24,000 nt of DNA from assembly GCA_036128855.1 (NCBI GenBank), contig JAYYPW010000008.1, positions 288,571-312,570 on the forward strand, given 5' to 3'. Origin of the DNA: Pseudomonadota bacterium. Lineage in GTDB: Bacteria > Pseudomonadota > Gammaproteobacteria > Comchoanobacterales > Comchoanobacteraceae. Shown here piece after piece: positions 1 through 8,737 of the stretch. The notes beneath the pieces were generated by a model. That model ran no database searches and had not been told where the DNA came from. It worked only from the letters and a program-made list of their open reading frames with translations. Position 1 is the first letter of the stretch. Each line of letters starts with the position of its first letter. The position numbers and the translations under genes are program-made.

Positions 1-415
1 GATGAATAGCAACGTGATCTGTGACAATTTTCTCACCACCAATTTTTTTAGGTCTTTTTTGTGTTTTCTCAACATTAGTGTCGTTTAGAGGTCTGACTAA
101 TATACTGTAGCTAGACTGTTCGAGATCATAAAGGACGGAAAAGTTTAGATGTAAATCTTTGCGAGTATCTTTTATGTAGTGCGCTATGTGTGAATGGATC
201 TTGCTGGACGTACTATCATCGGTATGTTGTGACAATTGAACTATGGCTCGAGTGTTTTTAGGACGATGAATTTGTTCAAGCATCCAAGTAATATCATTTT
301 TGCGCAGGCCAAAAGCTTCTTTCAATGTGCTACTTAAATCATCTCGATAATAAGACATTGATAGTTGTACCAGTAAGGTTTTAAGGTTGCCAGGAAGTTC
401 TTCTTGATGCTGCAT
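1..415 (-). CDS. Hypothetical protein, N-terminal part only (ORF runs off the left edge of the window)
   Basis: My own reverse-strand translation. The ATG is the complement of 413-415, followed by 138 sense codons with no stop down to position 1 (MQHQEELPGNLKTLLVQLSMSYYRDDLSSTLKEAFGLRKNDITWMLEQIHRPKNTRAIV...). It is absent from the supplied track because there is no stop codon inside the window. No domain recognised. Confidence 0.5.
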   Translation of the reverse strand, partial: MQHQEELPGNLKTLLVQLSMSYYRDDLSSTLKEAFGLRKNDITWMLEQIHRPKNTRAIVQLSQHTDDSTSSKIHSHIAHYIKDTRKDLHLNFSVLYDLEQSSYSILVRPLNDTNVEKTQKRPKKIGGEKIVTDHVAIH

Positions 416-551
416 ATATATTTTTATATTAATTATTAATGCATATAGCACATAAATGACAGTCTGATAGTTTTTTTATTAGATAAATATATACCCATGG
501 GATTGATAACTAAAGATAGAACCAAACCACATAATGGGGGGATTTTCTTGA

Positions 552-579
552 TTGCCTTCCGGCACAGATACCGTATAAT
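552..579 (+). promoter_or_regulatory. Candidate sigma70 promoter for the 607-1500 gene
   Basis: -35 TTGCCT (552-557), a 16-nt spacer, then a perfect -10 TATAAT (574-579), about 28 nt upstream of the ATG at 607. Sequence match only. Confidence 0.4.
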
Positions 580-606
580 TAAAAATTCTCCTATTTGATC
601 TCCAGA

Positions 607-1500
607 ATGTTTAAAAAGATTTATTGTATTTGTGCCGCTATGCTAGCTTCGTCAGCTTGCATATATGCAGACTCGCATATCAACACAAAAAATTGGCAAG
701 AAGTACTCACAAGCGTTGAGAATACAACACAAATACCTGAGCAAACCCTAATTTTATTTGATGTCAACGATGTATTGATTGCACCGACTGATATTATATT
801 GAGCAAATATCATCGCCAGGAGGCTATAGATAAGATTAAAAAAATCCACAAAATCGAGCAAAACGAAGCACAACCAGGGGTGCATCCGGTGCTTCGAGAA
901 GATCTTGAAGTAACTAAAACTTTTATGGATATCTGGACAAAGACGCATATTGATGTTGTAGATCAAGATGGGCCACAAGCGATCCAGGCATTACAGGAAA
1001 AAGGGTATAACGTAATGGGATTAACTAATGGCATAACAGGATCCATAGGTGGAATCACTAATATGGTAGGGTATCGGTCTGACGAACTTTATCGGCTTGG
1101 TTATACTTTCAAGGGGCCAAACGGGCTCGGGAAAATACCACTAGGCACAGCTGTGGCTGTTGGAAATGGAGCTCCTATCTATCAAGATGGTATTATTTAT
1201 ACAGCAGGGCAAGCAAAAGGGCCTGTGTTAGATACTTTTTTGCAAAAATCACATATTAAACCTAATAAAATAATCTTAGTGGATGACAAAAAGGGCAATT
1301 TAGATTCAGTAGCCACATTCTGTCGTAAGCATGGTATAGACTTTGTAGGTATAGAATTTAATGCATTAGCGGGCCAGCAGAAATATGTAAGTTACGATAA
1401 AAAAATAGGTGCTTGTCAATTTGAGCATTACCAAAAATATCATCAGTGGCTATCAGATCAAGACATTGCCAAAACAGCGTGCTTTCGCAAAAGCGTTTAA
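607..1500 (+). CDS. Secreted HAD-fold protein, DUF2608-like
   Basis: The track ORF is 595-1500, where 595 is a TTG. The first ATG at 607 gives MFKKIYCICAAMLASSACIYA|DSH, a Sec-type signal peptide. HAD motif I-like LILFDVNDVLI and motif IV-like IILVDDKKGN are present. The overall layout matches my memory of the DUF2608 family seen in Legionella and Coxiella. Confidence 0.7.
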   Translation: MFKKIYCICAAMLASSACIYADSHINTKNWQEVLTSVENTTQIPEQTLILFDVNDVLIAPTDIILSKYHRQEAIDKIKKIHKIEQNEAQPGVHPVLREDLEVTKTFMDIWTKTHIDVVDQDGPQAIQALQEKGYNVMGLTNGITGSIGGITNMVGYRSDELYRLGYTFKGPNGLGKIPLGTAVAVGNGAPIYQDGIIYTAGQAKGPVLDTFLQKSHIKPNKIILVDDKKGNLDSVATFCRKHGIDFVGIEFNALAGQQKYVSYDKKIGACQFEHYQKYHQWLSDQDIAKTACFRKSV

Positions 1501-1574
1501 GCAGAAGAAGGGGTTTCAATTATTAATAGATTAATTTATACTTAAACAACTCATCAATCATACAGGAACTAACG

Positions 1575-2237
1575 ATGAAAAACTGGATAAGCAAAGCTCA
1601 AGCTTGTAATCTTGTCATCTTCACGAGTATATTTGCACAATGCTCAGCCTATGATCATGTCAAGCCAGTGATGATTAGAGGTTCTTCTACTCAACAGGCG
1701 GTTTTTATACCACCTTCACTGCAAGATATAGCTACGCCTGCAGCAGTGAATAGAGGCCCAGGGACGCTACAAGATGTGGTAGCGCTTCTAAAAAAAGGCG
1801 ATGAGACCAAAGACAAAGTTTATTATCAACAAGCTCTAGGTATACTACAGAGAATAAAGCAACTACCAGTTTTCCCAAGTAAAAAATATAGTAAAGCAGA
1901 TTTTTATAATTTTTTTGGCTATGCCACACAAATGTTATCTAAAACCCGCTCAGAATATATGACAGCTGAGGACTTTTACCGCAAAGCACTTCTTATCAAT
2001 CCTGAGCATATTCAAGCTAACAAAAACCTAGGTAAATTATATGCAGACCTATACCGAATCACAGGTAGAGAGAAATTCTTACACAGCGCAAATGAACGGG
2101 CTGATATGTTAAGCAAGTTATTCTCTCGAACAGAAAAAGCTTTAATGTCGCTAAGAAATGATATCAACAGTTTCTCTGAAGATGGTGTAGAAGACGTTTT
2201 AGATCCGGACTCAGACTGGTATAACACAAGCTTCTAG
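1575..2237 (+). CDS. Secreted TPR-motif protein (hypothetical)
   Basis: AGGA lies 9 nt upstream of the ATG. The N-terminal hydrophobic signal is NLVIFTSIFAQCSA|YD. There is a TPR-like segment (AEDFYRKALLINPEHIQANKNLGKLYADLY). The C-terminus is acidic (SEDGVEDVLDPDSDWYNTSF). Confidence 0.6.
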   Translation: MKNWISKAQACNLVIFTSIFAQCSAYDHVKPVMIRGSSTQQAVFIPPSLQDIATPAAVNRGPGTLQDVVALLKKGDETKDKVYYQQALGILQRIKQLPVFPSKKYSKADFYNFFGYATQMLSKTRSEYMTAEDFYRKALLINPEHIQANKNLGKLYADLYRITGREKFLHSANERADMLSKLFSRTEKALMSLRNDINSFSEDGVEDVLDPDSDWYNTSF

Positions 2238-2273
2238 CACTTTATGTGATAAATAACAAATCTATTTTTGTTT

Positions 2274-2289
2274 ACACGATACATCGTGT
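2274..2289. terminator. Short hairpin between convergent genes (weak terminator candidate)
   Basis: ACACGA-TACA-TCGTGT forms a 6-bp stem with a 4-nt loop. It is preceded by TTTTTGTTT and followed by CTGTGTTT. It sits between the stop at 2237 (+) and the stop at 2313 (-). Confidence 0.3.
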
Positions 2290-2312
2290 CTGTGTTTAAG
2301 CCCAGTACAACT

Positions 2313-2624
2313 TTATAAGCCTAAAATATCGCCTAATTGCATAGCAACAGATTGATCACCTTCGATGGTAAGAAGGCCCTGGAAGAACGCATCCATGCCA
2401 GTAAGCGTACCATCTTGAATTTGACTAAAGGTGTCTTGGGACATAGTCAAGGTGACATCTGCTTCACGGTCAGAATTATCCACGGTGTTGGTAGTTTGCG
2501 TGCCATCAAGAAAAATAACACCCAAGTCTCCTAACACAAACTTTACTGTATGACCAAACGGAACCTGTCCAGAAAGTTTTTCTTGAAGTTTTGTCGTGAT
2601 TTCTGCCAGTGAATGTGTTGTCAT
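2313..2624 (-). CDS. SCP2 sterol-binding-domain protein
   Basis: The track ORF is 2313-2663. I prefer the internal ATG (complement of 2622-2624) because GAGGA lies 6 nt upstream on the coding strand. The product is MTTHSLAEITTKLQEKLSG...FVLGDLGVIFLDG...EADVTLTMSQDTFSQIQDGTLTGMDAFFQGLLTIEGDQSVAMQL, a typical SCP2 pattern. Confidence 0.75.
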   Translation of the reverse strand: MTTHSLAEITTKLQEKLSGQVPFGHTVKFVLGDLGVIFLDGTQTTNTVDNSDREADVTLTMSQDTFSQIQDGTLTGMDAFFQGLLTIEGDQSVAMQLGDILGL

Positions 2625-2772
2625 GTGGGGTCCTCTTATGTCTGTAATGCAGTTGTAGACCATGAAATACTATTTGTCAAATAATATTCTTAAGGAAAGA
2701 AAAGGTTGCTAGAAATTAGCTAATGATTCATGCATAATGAGCGATAAGAAACGGACGGTTGGAGATATTATC

Positions 2773-4233
2773 ATGTCACAAAAAAAGAGCACGCAATGCT
2801 TGGTACTTGGAAGTGGCCCTGGTGGCTATGCTGCTGCATTTCGTGCGGCTGATCTAGGTATGCAAGTAACCTTGGTGGAGAAGTTTGAAACCTTGGGTGG
2901 CGTGTGTCTAAATGTTGGGTGTATCCCGTCTAAAGCACTTCTACACGTCGCAGAAGTAGTCAACGAGGCAGGTCAGCACGAGAAAATGGGAATAAAAACT
3001 AGTAAGCCTGAACTAGAGATTCCCAAAGTGCAAAAGTTTAAAGAACAAACCGTAAGTAAGCTGACTAAGGGACTTGATATGTTGGCGAAAAAAAGAAAGG
3101 TCGAGGTTGTGCATGGCCTAGGTCATTTCGAAGATAAACATACGTTGGCAGTGATCGCACAAAACGGAGAAAAAACAGAAATACAATTCGAATCCTGTAT
3201 CATTGCTACAGGCTCAAAACCAGTCCATTTGCCTTTTTTACCGGATGACCCACGAGTAGTAAATTCTACCGGTGCATTAAAATTGTCTATCACCACTGGC
3301 AAAATGCTCGTGATTGGAGGAGGTATCATCGGCTGTGAAATGGCAACCGTGTATAACGCGATGGGGATGGAGGTCCATGTCGTTGAAATGACTGGGCAAA
3401 TTATGCCAGGAGCAGATTTAGACTTAGTCAAGCCTTGTCAAAAGATGTTAGAAAAGCGTGGTGTGACATTTCATGTGAATACTAAAGTTGAGAGTGCAAA
3501 AGCAAGTAAGAAAGGGATTAGTGTCCAGTTTACAGGCAATGACAAATTAGAGGGCGAGCAGTTATTTGATTTAGTTCTAGAATCGGTAGGTAGAAAACCC
3601 AATACAGCAGGCTTGAATCTCGACCAGGCAGGCGTTGAAGTAGATGCAAGGGGGTATATTACTGTAGACGCAAGATATTTACGCACTAGCCAGCCTCATA
3701 TCTATGCTGTGGGGGATATAATCGGTGATCCAATGCTTGCGCATAAAGCGACAGCACAAGGCCGGATAGCTGCAGAGTTAGTCGCAGGCGAAAAAGTTGC
3801 CTACGATACGGTAGTTATACCCAATGTCGCTTACACAGACCCAGAAGTTGCATGGGTAGGGAAAACCCAGCAGCACTGTAAAGAGGAAGGTTTAGAGGTA
3901 GAGATGGGCGTTTTCCCATGGGCAGCTAATGGTCGATCACTCTGTATAGGACGTGATGAAGGTTGTACAAAAATTATCACAGACGCCAATACAGGAAGAA
4001 TCATTGGTGCAGGAATTGTAGGACGCCATGCCGGGGATTTAATTGCAGAACTGGGACTTGCTATAGAGATGGGTTGTGATATTGAAGATGTAGCTTTGAC
4101 AGTCCATGCCCATCCAACATTAGCAGAAACAGTTGGTATGGCAGCAGAAGCCTGTGAGGGAACCTTAACCGATTTATATATGCCTAAACCAAAGCCTAAA
4201 TTCAAAAAAAATCATGAGGCTATTTCAAGTTAG
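2773..4233 (+). CDS. lpdA: Dihydrolipoyl dehydrogenase (E3 component)
   Basis: FAD-binding motif GSGPGGYAAAFRAADLG, redox-active disulfide motif GGVCLNVGCIPSKALLH, NAD motif VIGGGIIGCEMA and C-terminal HAHPTLAE. The track start is 2737. I prefer ATG 2773 (GGAG 8 nt upstream), which places the GxGxxG motif at the usual distance from the N-terminus. Confidence 0.93.
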   Translation: MSQKKSTQCLVLGSGPGGYAAAFRAADLGMQVTLVEKFETLGGVCLNVGCIPSKALLHVAEVVNEAGQHEKMGIKTSKPELEIPKVQKFKEQTVSKLTKGLDMLAKKRKVEVVHGLGHFEDKHTLAVIAQNGEKTEIQFESCIIATGSKPVHLPFLPDDPRVVNSTGALKLSITTGKMLVIGGGIIGCEMATVYNAMGMEVHVVEMTGQIMPGADLDLVKPCQKMLEKRGVTFHVNTKVESAKASKKGISVQFTGNDKLEGEQLFDLVLESVGRKPNTAGLNLDQAGVEVDARGYITVDARYLRTSQPHIYAVGDIIGDPMLAHKATAQGRIAAELVAGEKVAYDTVVIPNVAYTDPEVAWVGKTQQHCKEEGLEVEMGVFPWAANGRSLCIGRDEGCTKIITDANTGRIIGAGIVGRHAGDLIAELGLAIEMGCDIEDVALTVHAHPTLAETVGMAAEACEGTLTDLYMPKPKPKFKKNHEAISS

Positions 4234-4345
4234 TCCTATAATCATCGCATGGCTTAAGCCAATCATAGAGTTACGCTATTAATTAGATGTTCTAGTAAAC
4301 AACGGTATGGTTTTTATAGAAATTTCTTAGTACTCTATTTTTCCC

Positions 4346-5092
4346 ATGGATTGGCAAAAAATATTACTAAAAATACTATGCAGATATTGGGATTGGCGAG
4401 ATAGCTTATTTAACAAAAAATGTTTATCTTGTCGAGGGAAGCCTGCTCAGCATAGGCTATATTTACTTTGTTCAAGATGTTTTGAAGATGCGTGTCTAAC
4501 AATAGCACAGTGTCAGTTTTGTGCGGTAGATTTGCCAAGTGGAGGGGAGATATGTGGGTTATGTGTGCAAAGAAAAATGAATAACCAACCAACGATAGTG
4601 CGTGCAGGGTTTGCATACCAAGGAGAAGTTAAACAGCGTATTATTGATTTGAAGTTTAATTATTGTTTTCTCCAGGCGCGAGTTCTAGCAGCGATGCTCG
4701 TTGCAAATATGCAAAATAGAGGTGCAATAAATAAGTTCGATGCAGTAATCGCTGTCCCTATGTATTGGACTAAAGTAGCAGATAGGGGATATAACCAGGC
4801 TGAAATCTTAGCAAAATGGGTTGCTTCATTACTACAAATACCACACATAGCACATGCACTTATCAAGTATAAAAATACTAAACCACAGCAAGGTATGGAC
4901 AAAAAATCGAGAAATAAAAATATACGAAATACTATTCGGGCAAAATCGGTAGTGACCGGTAAATATATTTTATTACTAGATGATGTATTAACTACAGGGG
5001 CAACAATATCAACTTGTGCCAGAATGTGTTATCAAGCAGGCGCAAAAAAAGTAGAGGTATGGGTAGTAGCAAGAACTTTGTCACCATCGTAA
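4346..5092 (+). CDS. comF: ComF-family protein (phosphoribosyltransferase-domain, competence-related)
   Basis: The N-terminus is Cys-rich (CLSCRG...CSRCF...CQFC...CGLC). The C-terminus carries a PRT motif (ILLLDDVLTTGATIS). Length and architecture match ComF/GntX. Confidence 0.8.
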   Translation: MDWQKILLKILCRYWDWRDSLFNKKCLSCRGKPAQHRLYLLCSRCFEDACLTIAQCQFCAVDLPSGGEICGLCVQRKMNNQPTIVRAGFAYQGEVKQRIIDLKFNYCFLQARVLAAMLVANMQNRGAINKFDAVIAVPMYWTKVADRGYNQAEILAKWVASLLQIPHIAHALIKYKNTKPQQGMDKKSRNKNIRNTIRAKSVVTGKYILLLDDVLTTGATISTCARMCYQAGAKKVEVWVVARTLSPS

Positions 5093-5103
5093 GAAAATGA
5101 TGT

Positions 5104-5964
5104 TCAAGGTAACCATTGGGAGGCAAGATTATGAATTTTTTGATGTATTTGTTCAGGCTGATCAAGCATAATTGCATGCCAAGCATTATTAATAAGTACT
5201 TCTTGCATCGCCGGAAAGACTTTTCGTAGTGATGTACGCACAAATTGCGTCGTTACTGTGGTGTGTTCTCCATAAAATAATACATGTTCAACAGATGGTC
5301 TGAAACTACTATTTTGCTGTGGATCAAGAAAGTCAGCACCATCTAGCTTAAGGAAGAAATTTGGGTCAAATTGCCAGCGCCAACCGCCTGTAACAGGTAG
5401 TATGGAATGCTCGGCTATATAGCGACATAAGAAAGGATCTGGTAATGGTTGATTTGGGATAAATCGAAAACGCTCGATCATATTCTGTTTAGATGGTCGT
5501 ATTGTATGAGAGCGCAATGGTCCATTTTTTTTTCTAGCTAATCTTGGTAAACGCATACCTGGAGGATCAAGCACACATACACCGCAAATTTTATTTGCGT
5601 ATCGACGTAGATATTCGAGTGCAACGCGACCTCCAAAACTATGTCCAATCAATATTGCAGGACCATCAACAAGCGCAATGGCATCATCCACAGCACGAAG
5701 TAAAAGGGGAAGTGAGTAGGTGTCTTGCCAATGACTCAGGCCGTGTCCAGGAAAACTCAGGCTAATCACTTGGTACTGACCTTCAAATGTGCTTCCTAGC
5801 ACAGAAAACCAATATGCATTAGCAGATGCCCCGTGCAGGCAGATAATGGCAGGAGCATGAGTTGATCCCCAGCGTAGATAATGGCAGGTGCCGTAAGCGC
5901 CATGAAGGTGGCCCTCTTGTGGATTAGTAGATTGTAAAGACTGAAGCCAGCTGGTGTGAAGCAT
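5104..5964 (-). CDS. Alpha/beta-fold hydrolase
   Basis: Oxyanion-region motif IICLHGASANAYWF, nucleophile elbow ILIGHSFGGRVA and a C-terminal His motif NNAWHAIMLDQPEQ. The substrate is unknown. Its stop lies 11 nt from the comF-like stop, and the two genes are convergent. Confidence 0.8.
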   Translation of the reverse strand: MLHTSWLQSLQSTNPQEGHLHGAYGTCHYLRWGSTHAPAIICLHGASANAYWFSVLGSTFEGQYQVISLSFPGHGLSHWQDTYSLPLLLRAVDDAIALVDGPAILIGHSFGGRVALEYLRRYANKICGVCVLDPPGMRLPRLARKKNGPLRSHTIRPSKQNMIERFRFIPNQPLPDPFLCRYIAEHSILPVTGGWRWQFDPNFFLKLDGADFLDPQQNSSFRPSVEHVLFYGEHTTVTTQFVRTSLRKVFPAMQEVLINNAWHAIMLDQPEQIHQKIHNLASQWLP

Positions 5965-6052
5965 AATATTGAATTAATGGTCTATAAAGAGCATAGCTGA
6001 AATGAAGTTGGTTGAATTTTGCATAGATATGTCTTCGGGGTGAGTATAAATG

Positions 6053-6697
6053 TTATTTACCAACAAGCGAGAGAGGAGATGGAGGTGAAACAGTGACAGT
6101 ACATACCAAACGCTTAGGTGTGGGTTGGTGAAAGTCTATACGGTTGTTTTGGTCTAAAAAGCAGCTAGTCGACAACAGTTCTAGGAAGTTTTGGGTAAAG
6201 AATCGGATTTTTTTCCCTAAAGCTTGCCACAGTGGCCAGCCATTGAGCTTGGATGTTGCTTCAAGATATGTCCAAAGCTTAAAAAAGACCAAGTTCTGCG
6301 ATTCTAATGGAAGGGTCTTGTAAACTCGAAGTAAGGTAGGTATGTCGGCAGGAAGATGGGTCATATTACGTAAAATTCTCCGCAGTAAGCGTTCTTGATA
6401 AGGTCGTGTTTTCATAGTTTCACAATCTATACCAATGGGCATGGTACTATACGCAAGCACAGAAAAATCTAAGCAATGACTCATACTTAGGTAGTAAGGC
6501 AACATCTCAATGGTTGACATGTTACTAGGCTTGATAAAATAAGGTTTACCCAGAGGGCTTTTGGCAACAAGCGCATCAACATCACCCAACTCAGCTCGCA
6601 AAGTGGATGTAGCTTGGCTATAGGCAGATTTTGAGCGCGATTGGCGAGAAGAGTGGGAGTCCTCTGTGAAATAATATAATTTTGTTGAAAGTTGCAT
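6053..6697 (-). CDS. 4'-phosphopantetheinyl transferase, Sfp-type
   Basis: Ordered PPTase motifs are present: LGKPYF, SMSHCLDF, PIGIDCET (Mg-binding D/E) and LWTYLEATSKLNG (a variant of W/F-x-x-K-E-A-x-x-K in which the Lys before Glu is Leu). Confidence 0.7.
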   Translation of the reverse strand: MQLSTKLYYFTEDSHSSRQSRSKSAYSQATSTLRAELGDVDALVAKSPLGKPYFIKPSNMSTIEMLPYYLSMSHCLDFSVLAYSTMPIGIDCETMKTRPYQERLLRRILRNMTHLPADIPTLLRVYKTLPLESQNLVFFKLWTYLEATSKLNGWPLWQALGKKIRFFTQNFLELLSTSCFLDQNNRIDFHQPTPKRLVCTVTVSPPSPLSLVGK

Positions 6698-6738
6698 AGA
6701 AAATAATTTGATGGCTGTTTCTGAAGGTCTAGAATGAA

Positions 6739-7242
6739 CTATGTATCTTGGTTAAAGCTATAATAAATAAAAAGTATGAGTAATATAGCAAGAAAGATGT
6801 TAACAATAGGCCATATAAATAAGCCAAGGCTTGTCAGATGTATGCTATATATGATTATCTTTTTAGAAGCGTTTATAACCAAACTAAATAGAGTCATAAT
6901 GACACCAAAGATGATCAAAAGTCGGCCAAATTGTTCACAAACCTCATTATATGCTTCATCTTGTTTAGAAAAAGGGTAGCGTAAGTCTAGTAGCGTCCCA
7001 AATACTGCTACTAAAACAGCGACTTTTGTTTCAGTATTCTCGCTACGATGACTTTCATACATTTCAATGCTATTGTTTAAAAAGTAATCATTCAGGTATA
7101 TTATATCTAAGTACAGGGCAAGTAAGGTATACATCAGCATGAGCATAGATATACATGTTAGGGTGGTACGGCTTAAGAGTGTGCGATCTATATGCTTTGA
7201 TAAAAAATACATAGTGGCAGGAAGTATCTGGAGATTATTCAA
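6739..7242 (-). CDS. Small integral membrane protein (hypothetical, about 4 TM segments)
   Basis: The track ORF starts at a TTG (complement of 7240-7242). The first ATG would be at 7212 (MYFLSKH...). Hydrophobic segments include CISMLMLMYTLLALYLDIIYL, VAVLVAVFGTLL, LLIIFGVIMTLFSLVI and LGLFIWPIVNIFLAILLILFIYY. No homology recognised. Confidence 0.5.
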   Translation of the reverse strand: MNNLQILPATMYFLSKHIDRTLLSRTTLTCISMLMLMYTLLALYLDIIYLNDYFLNNSIEMYESHRSENTETKVAVLVAVFGTLLDLRYPFSKQDEAYNEVCEQFGRLLIIFGVIMTLFSLVINASKKIIIYSIHLTSLGLFIWPIVNIFLAILLILFIYYSFNQDT

Positions 7243-7333
7243 CTAAAAATAACCTTATTTCATTATAAGGTCAACTAATAATGCCAAACCGCTGACCATT
7301 TCTACACACATGCGCACAAATATAAAGCTTTGT

Positions 7334-7363
7334 TTGCACATAGTTAAAAAAATGGGTTAAAAT
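7334..7363 (+). promoter_or_regulatory. Candidate sigma70 promoter for mpl
   Basis: -35 TTGCAC (7334-7339), an 18-nt spacer and -10 TAAAAT (7358-7363). GGAG lies 8 nt upstream of the ATG at 7391. Sequence match only. Confidence 0.3.
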
Positions 7364-7390
7364 CCAATAACAATTATCTGGAGTATTTAA

Positions 7391-8737
7391 ATGACCCATC
7401 ACGTTCTAGCCGGGTGCGGCAGTTTTATGGCAGGCTTATCCTCAATTATGGCTGAAATGAATATAGAAGTTAGAGCGTACGACAAAACTTTCCAGCCACC
7501 CATGCGCAATCAACTAGAGCATGCCGGTATACAGATGTTACAAGGTTACGATTACAATACATCAATACCGGATAAAGATACGCTGATAGTAGGCAATGCT
7601 ATACGTCGCGGCAATCCAATGTTAGAAAGGCATTTACAAGAAGGTAGGCCTGTAATGAGTGGCCCACAATGGCTGCATGATGCAGTATTACAACATAGAA
7701 AGACCATTGCAGTCAGTGGTACACATGGCAAAACCACAACAACGGCTATGATGGCATGGGTGTTAGATTATTGTGAGCAGAATCCGGGTTTTCTCTTGGG
7801 GGGGATTCCGTTAAATTTTCAGTCATCTGCAAGACTAGGTAAAGATACGTGGTTTGTAATAGAAGCAGATGAATATGATACCGTTTACTATGATAAGCGC
7901 CCTAAGTTTTTTTACTATCCAGCTCATTGTCTCATTGTTAATAATTTAGAATTCGATCATGCTGATATTTACCGCGATCTAGCAGATATCGAAAAGCAAT
8001 TTCGCCACTATCTACAAACATTAAAACCAGGAGCTTGGGTAATATATCCAAAAGAGGCTAAAAATATTGCTCAGCTAGTCGAAGCTGCCGGTTGGGTGCG
8101 TGGATGTCCAGTATCTTGCTTAGAAAATGGGGACTGGCGTATTGAGGCGCAGGGTATTGATTGGTCCAAATTCAATATTGTCGATGATCAAGAGAAAAGT
8201 TATATGGTAGACTGGGAATTGTTTGGACAACATAACGCTGAAAATGCATTGATGGTATTTACTGCAGCAGTAAAAATGGGCATGGACCCAGAAAAGGTTG
8301 TCCGTGGGCTTTCGCTATTTAAAGGTGTAGCACGAAGAATGCAAAAAATTGGCGAGTCTCATGATAACAAGGTTGTATTTGATGATTTTGCACATCATCC
8401 AACTGCTTTACAAAAGGTGATTGAAGCTACACGAGCAAGATTTTCTATGCAGAGACTGGTTGTGTTTTTACAACTTAGTAATTTTACCCAACGCGAGGGT
8501 GTTATGTGGGAAAGATTACAAAAGGCCTCTGAGGGTGCAGATTTAATATTATTATTACAAAATGATTCACAATTTCCTTACGCAAAATTTGTCAACGGGC
8601 ATAAACGACCAGTTGAGTTAATACCATCTATTTTTACAAAAGAGGATATTCGTAAGCACATAAAGCCGGGTGATCATGTCTTAACCTGTAGCAGTCGCGA
8701 TTGTCATAGTATACATCAGGCTATATTGCAGCCATGA
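7391..8737 (+). CDS. mpl: UDP-N-acetylmuramate:L-alanyl-gamma-D-glutamyl-meso-diaminopimelate ligase (murein peptide ligase)
   Basis: Mur-ligase P-loop GTHGKTTTTAM, plus Mpl-characteristic blocks MSGPQWLHD, NNLEFDHADI and DDFAHHPTA. The length of 448 aa is close to E. coli Mpl. Confidence 0.92.
   Translation: MTHHVLAGCGSFMAGLSSIMAEMNIEVRAYDKTFQPPMRNQLEHAGIQMLQGYDYNTSIPDKDTLIVGNAIRRGNPMLERHLQEGRPVMSGPQWLHDAVLQHRKTIAVSGTHGKTTTTAMMAWVLDYCEQNPGFLLGGIPLNFQSSARLGKDTWFVIEADEYDTVYYDKRPKFFYYPAHCLIVNNLEFDHADIYRDLADIEKQFRHYLQTLKPGAWVIYPKEAKNIAQLVEAAGWVRGCPVSCLENGDWRIEAQGIDWSKFNIVDDQEKSYMVDWELFGQHNAENALMVFTAAVKMGMDPEKVVRGLSLFKGVARRMQKIGESHDNKVVFDDFAHHPTALQKVIEATRARFSMQRLVVFLQLSNFTQREGVMWERLQKASEGADLILLLQNDSQFPYAKFVNGHKRPVELIPSIFTKEDIRKHIKPGDHVLTCSSRDCHSIHQAILQP

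Noticed and set aside
3123-4205. Antisense ORFs inside lpdA (3123-3431, 3471-3686, 3831-4205). Similar shadow ORFs occur inside other confident genes (621-978, 1732-2227, 2337-2534, 4410-4902, 4992-5243, 5544-5765, 6776-6979, 7552-7737, 10178-10363, 11808-12143, 12485-12715, 12943-13137, 13194-13487, 13652-13903, 14348-14536, 16382-16699, 18106-18696, 20159-20398, 22869-23108, 23467-23652).
   Set aside because: All of them lie entirely or mostly within longer ORFs that have clear family signatures or better gene-like features. None shows a motif, an SD sequence or an independent context.
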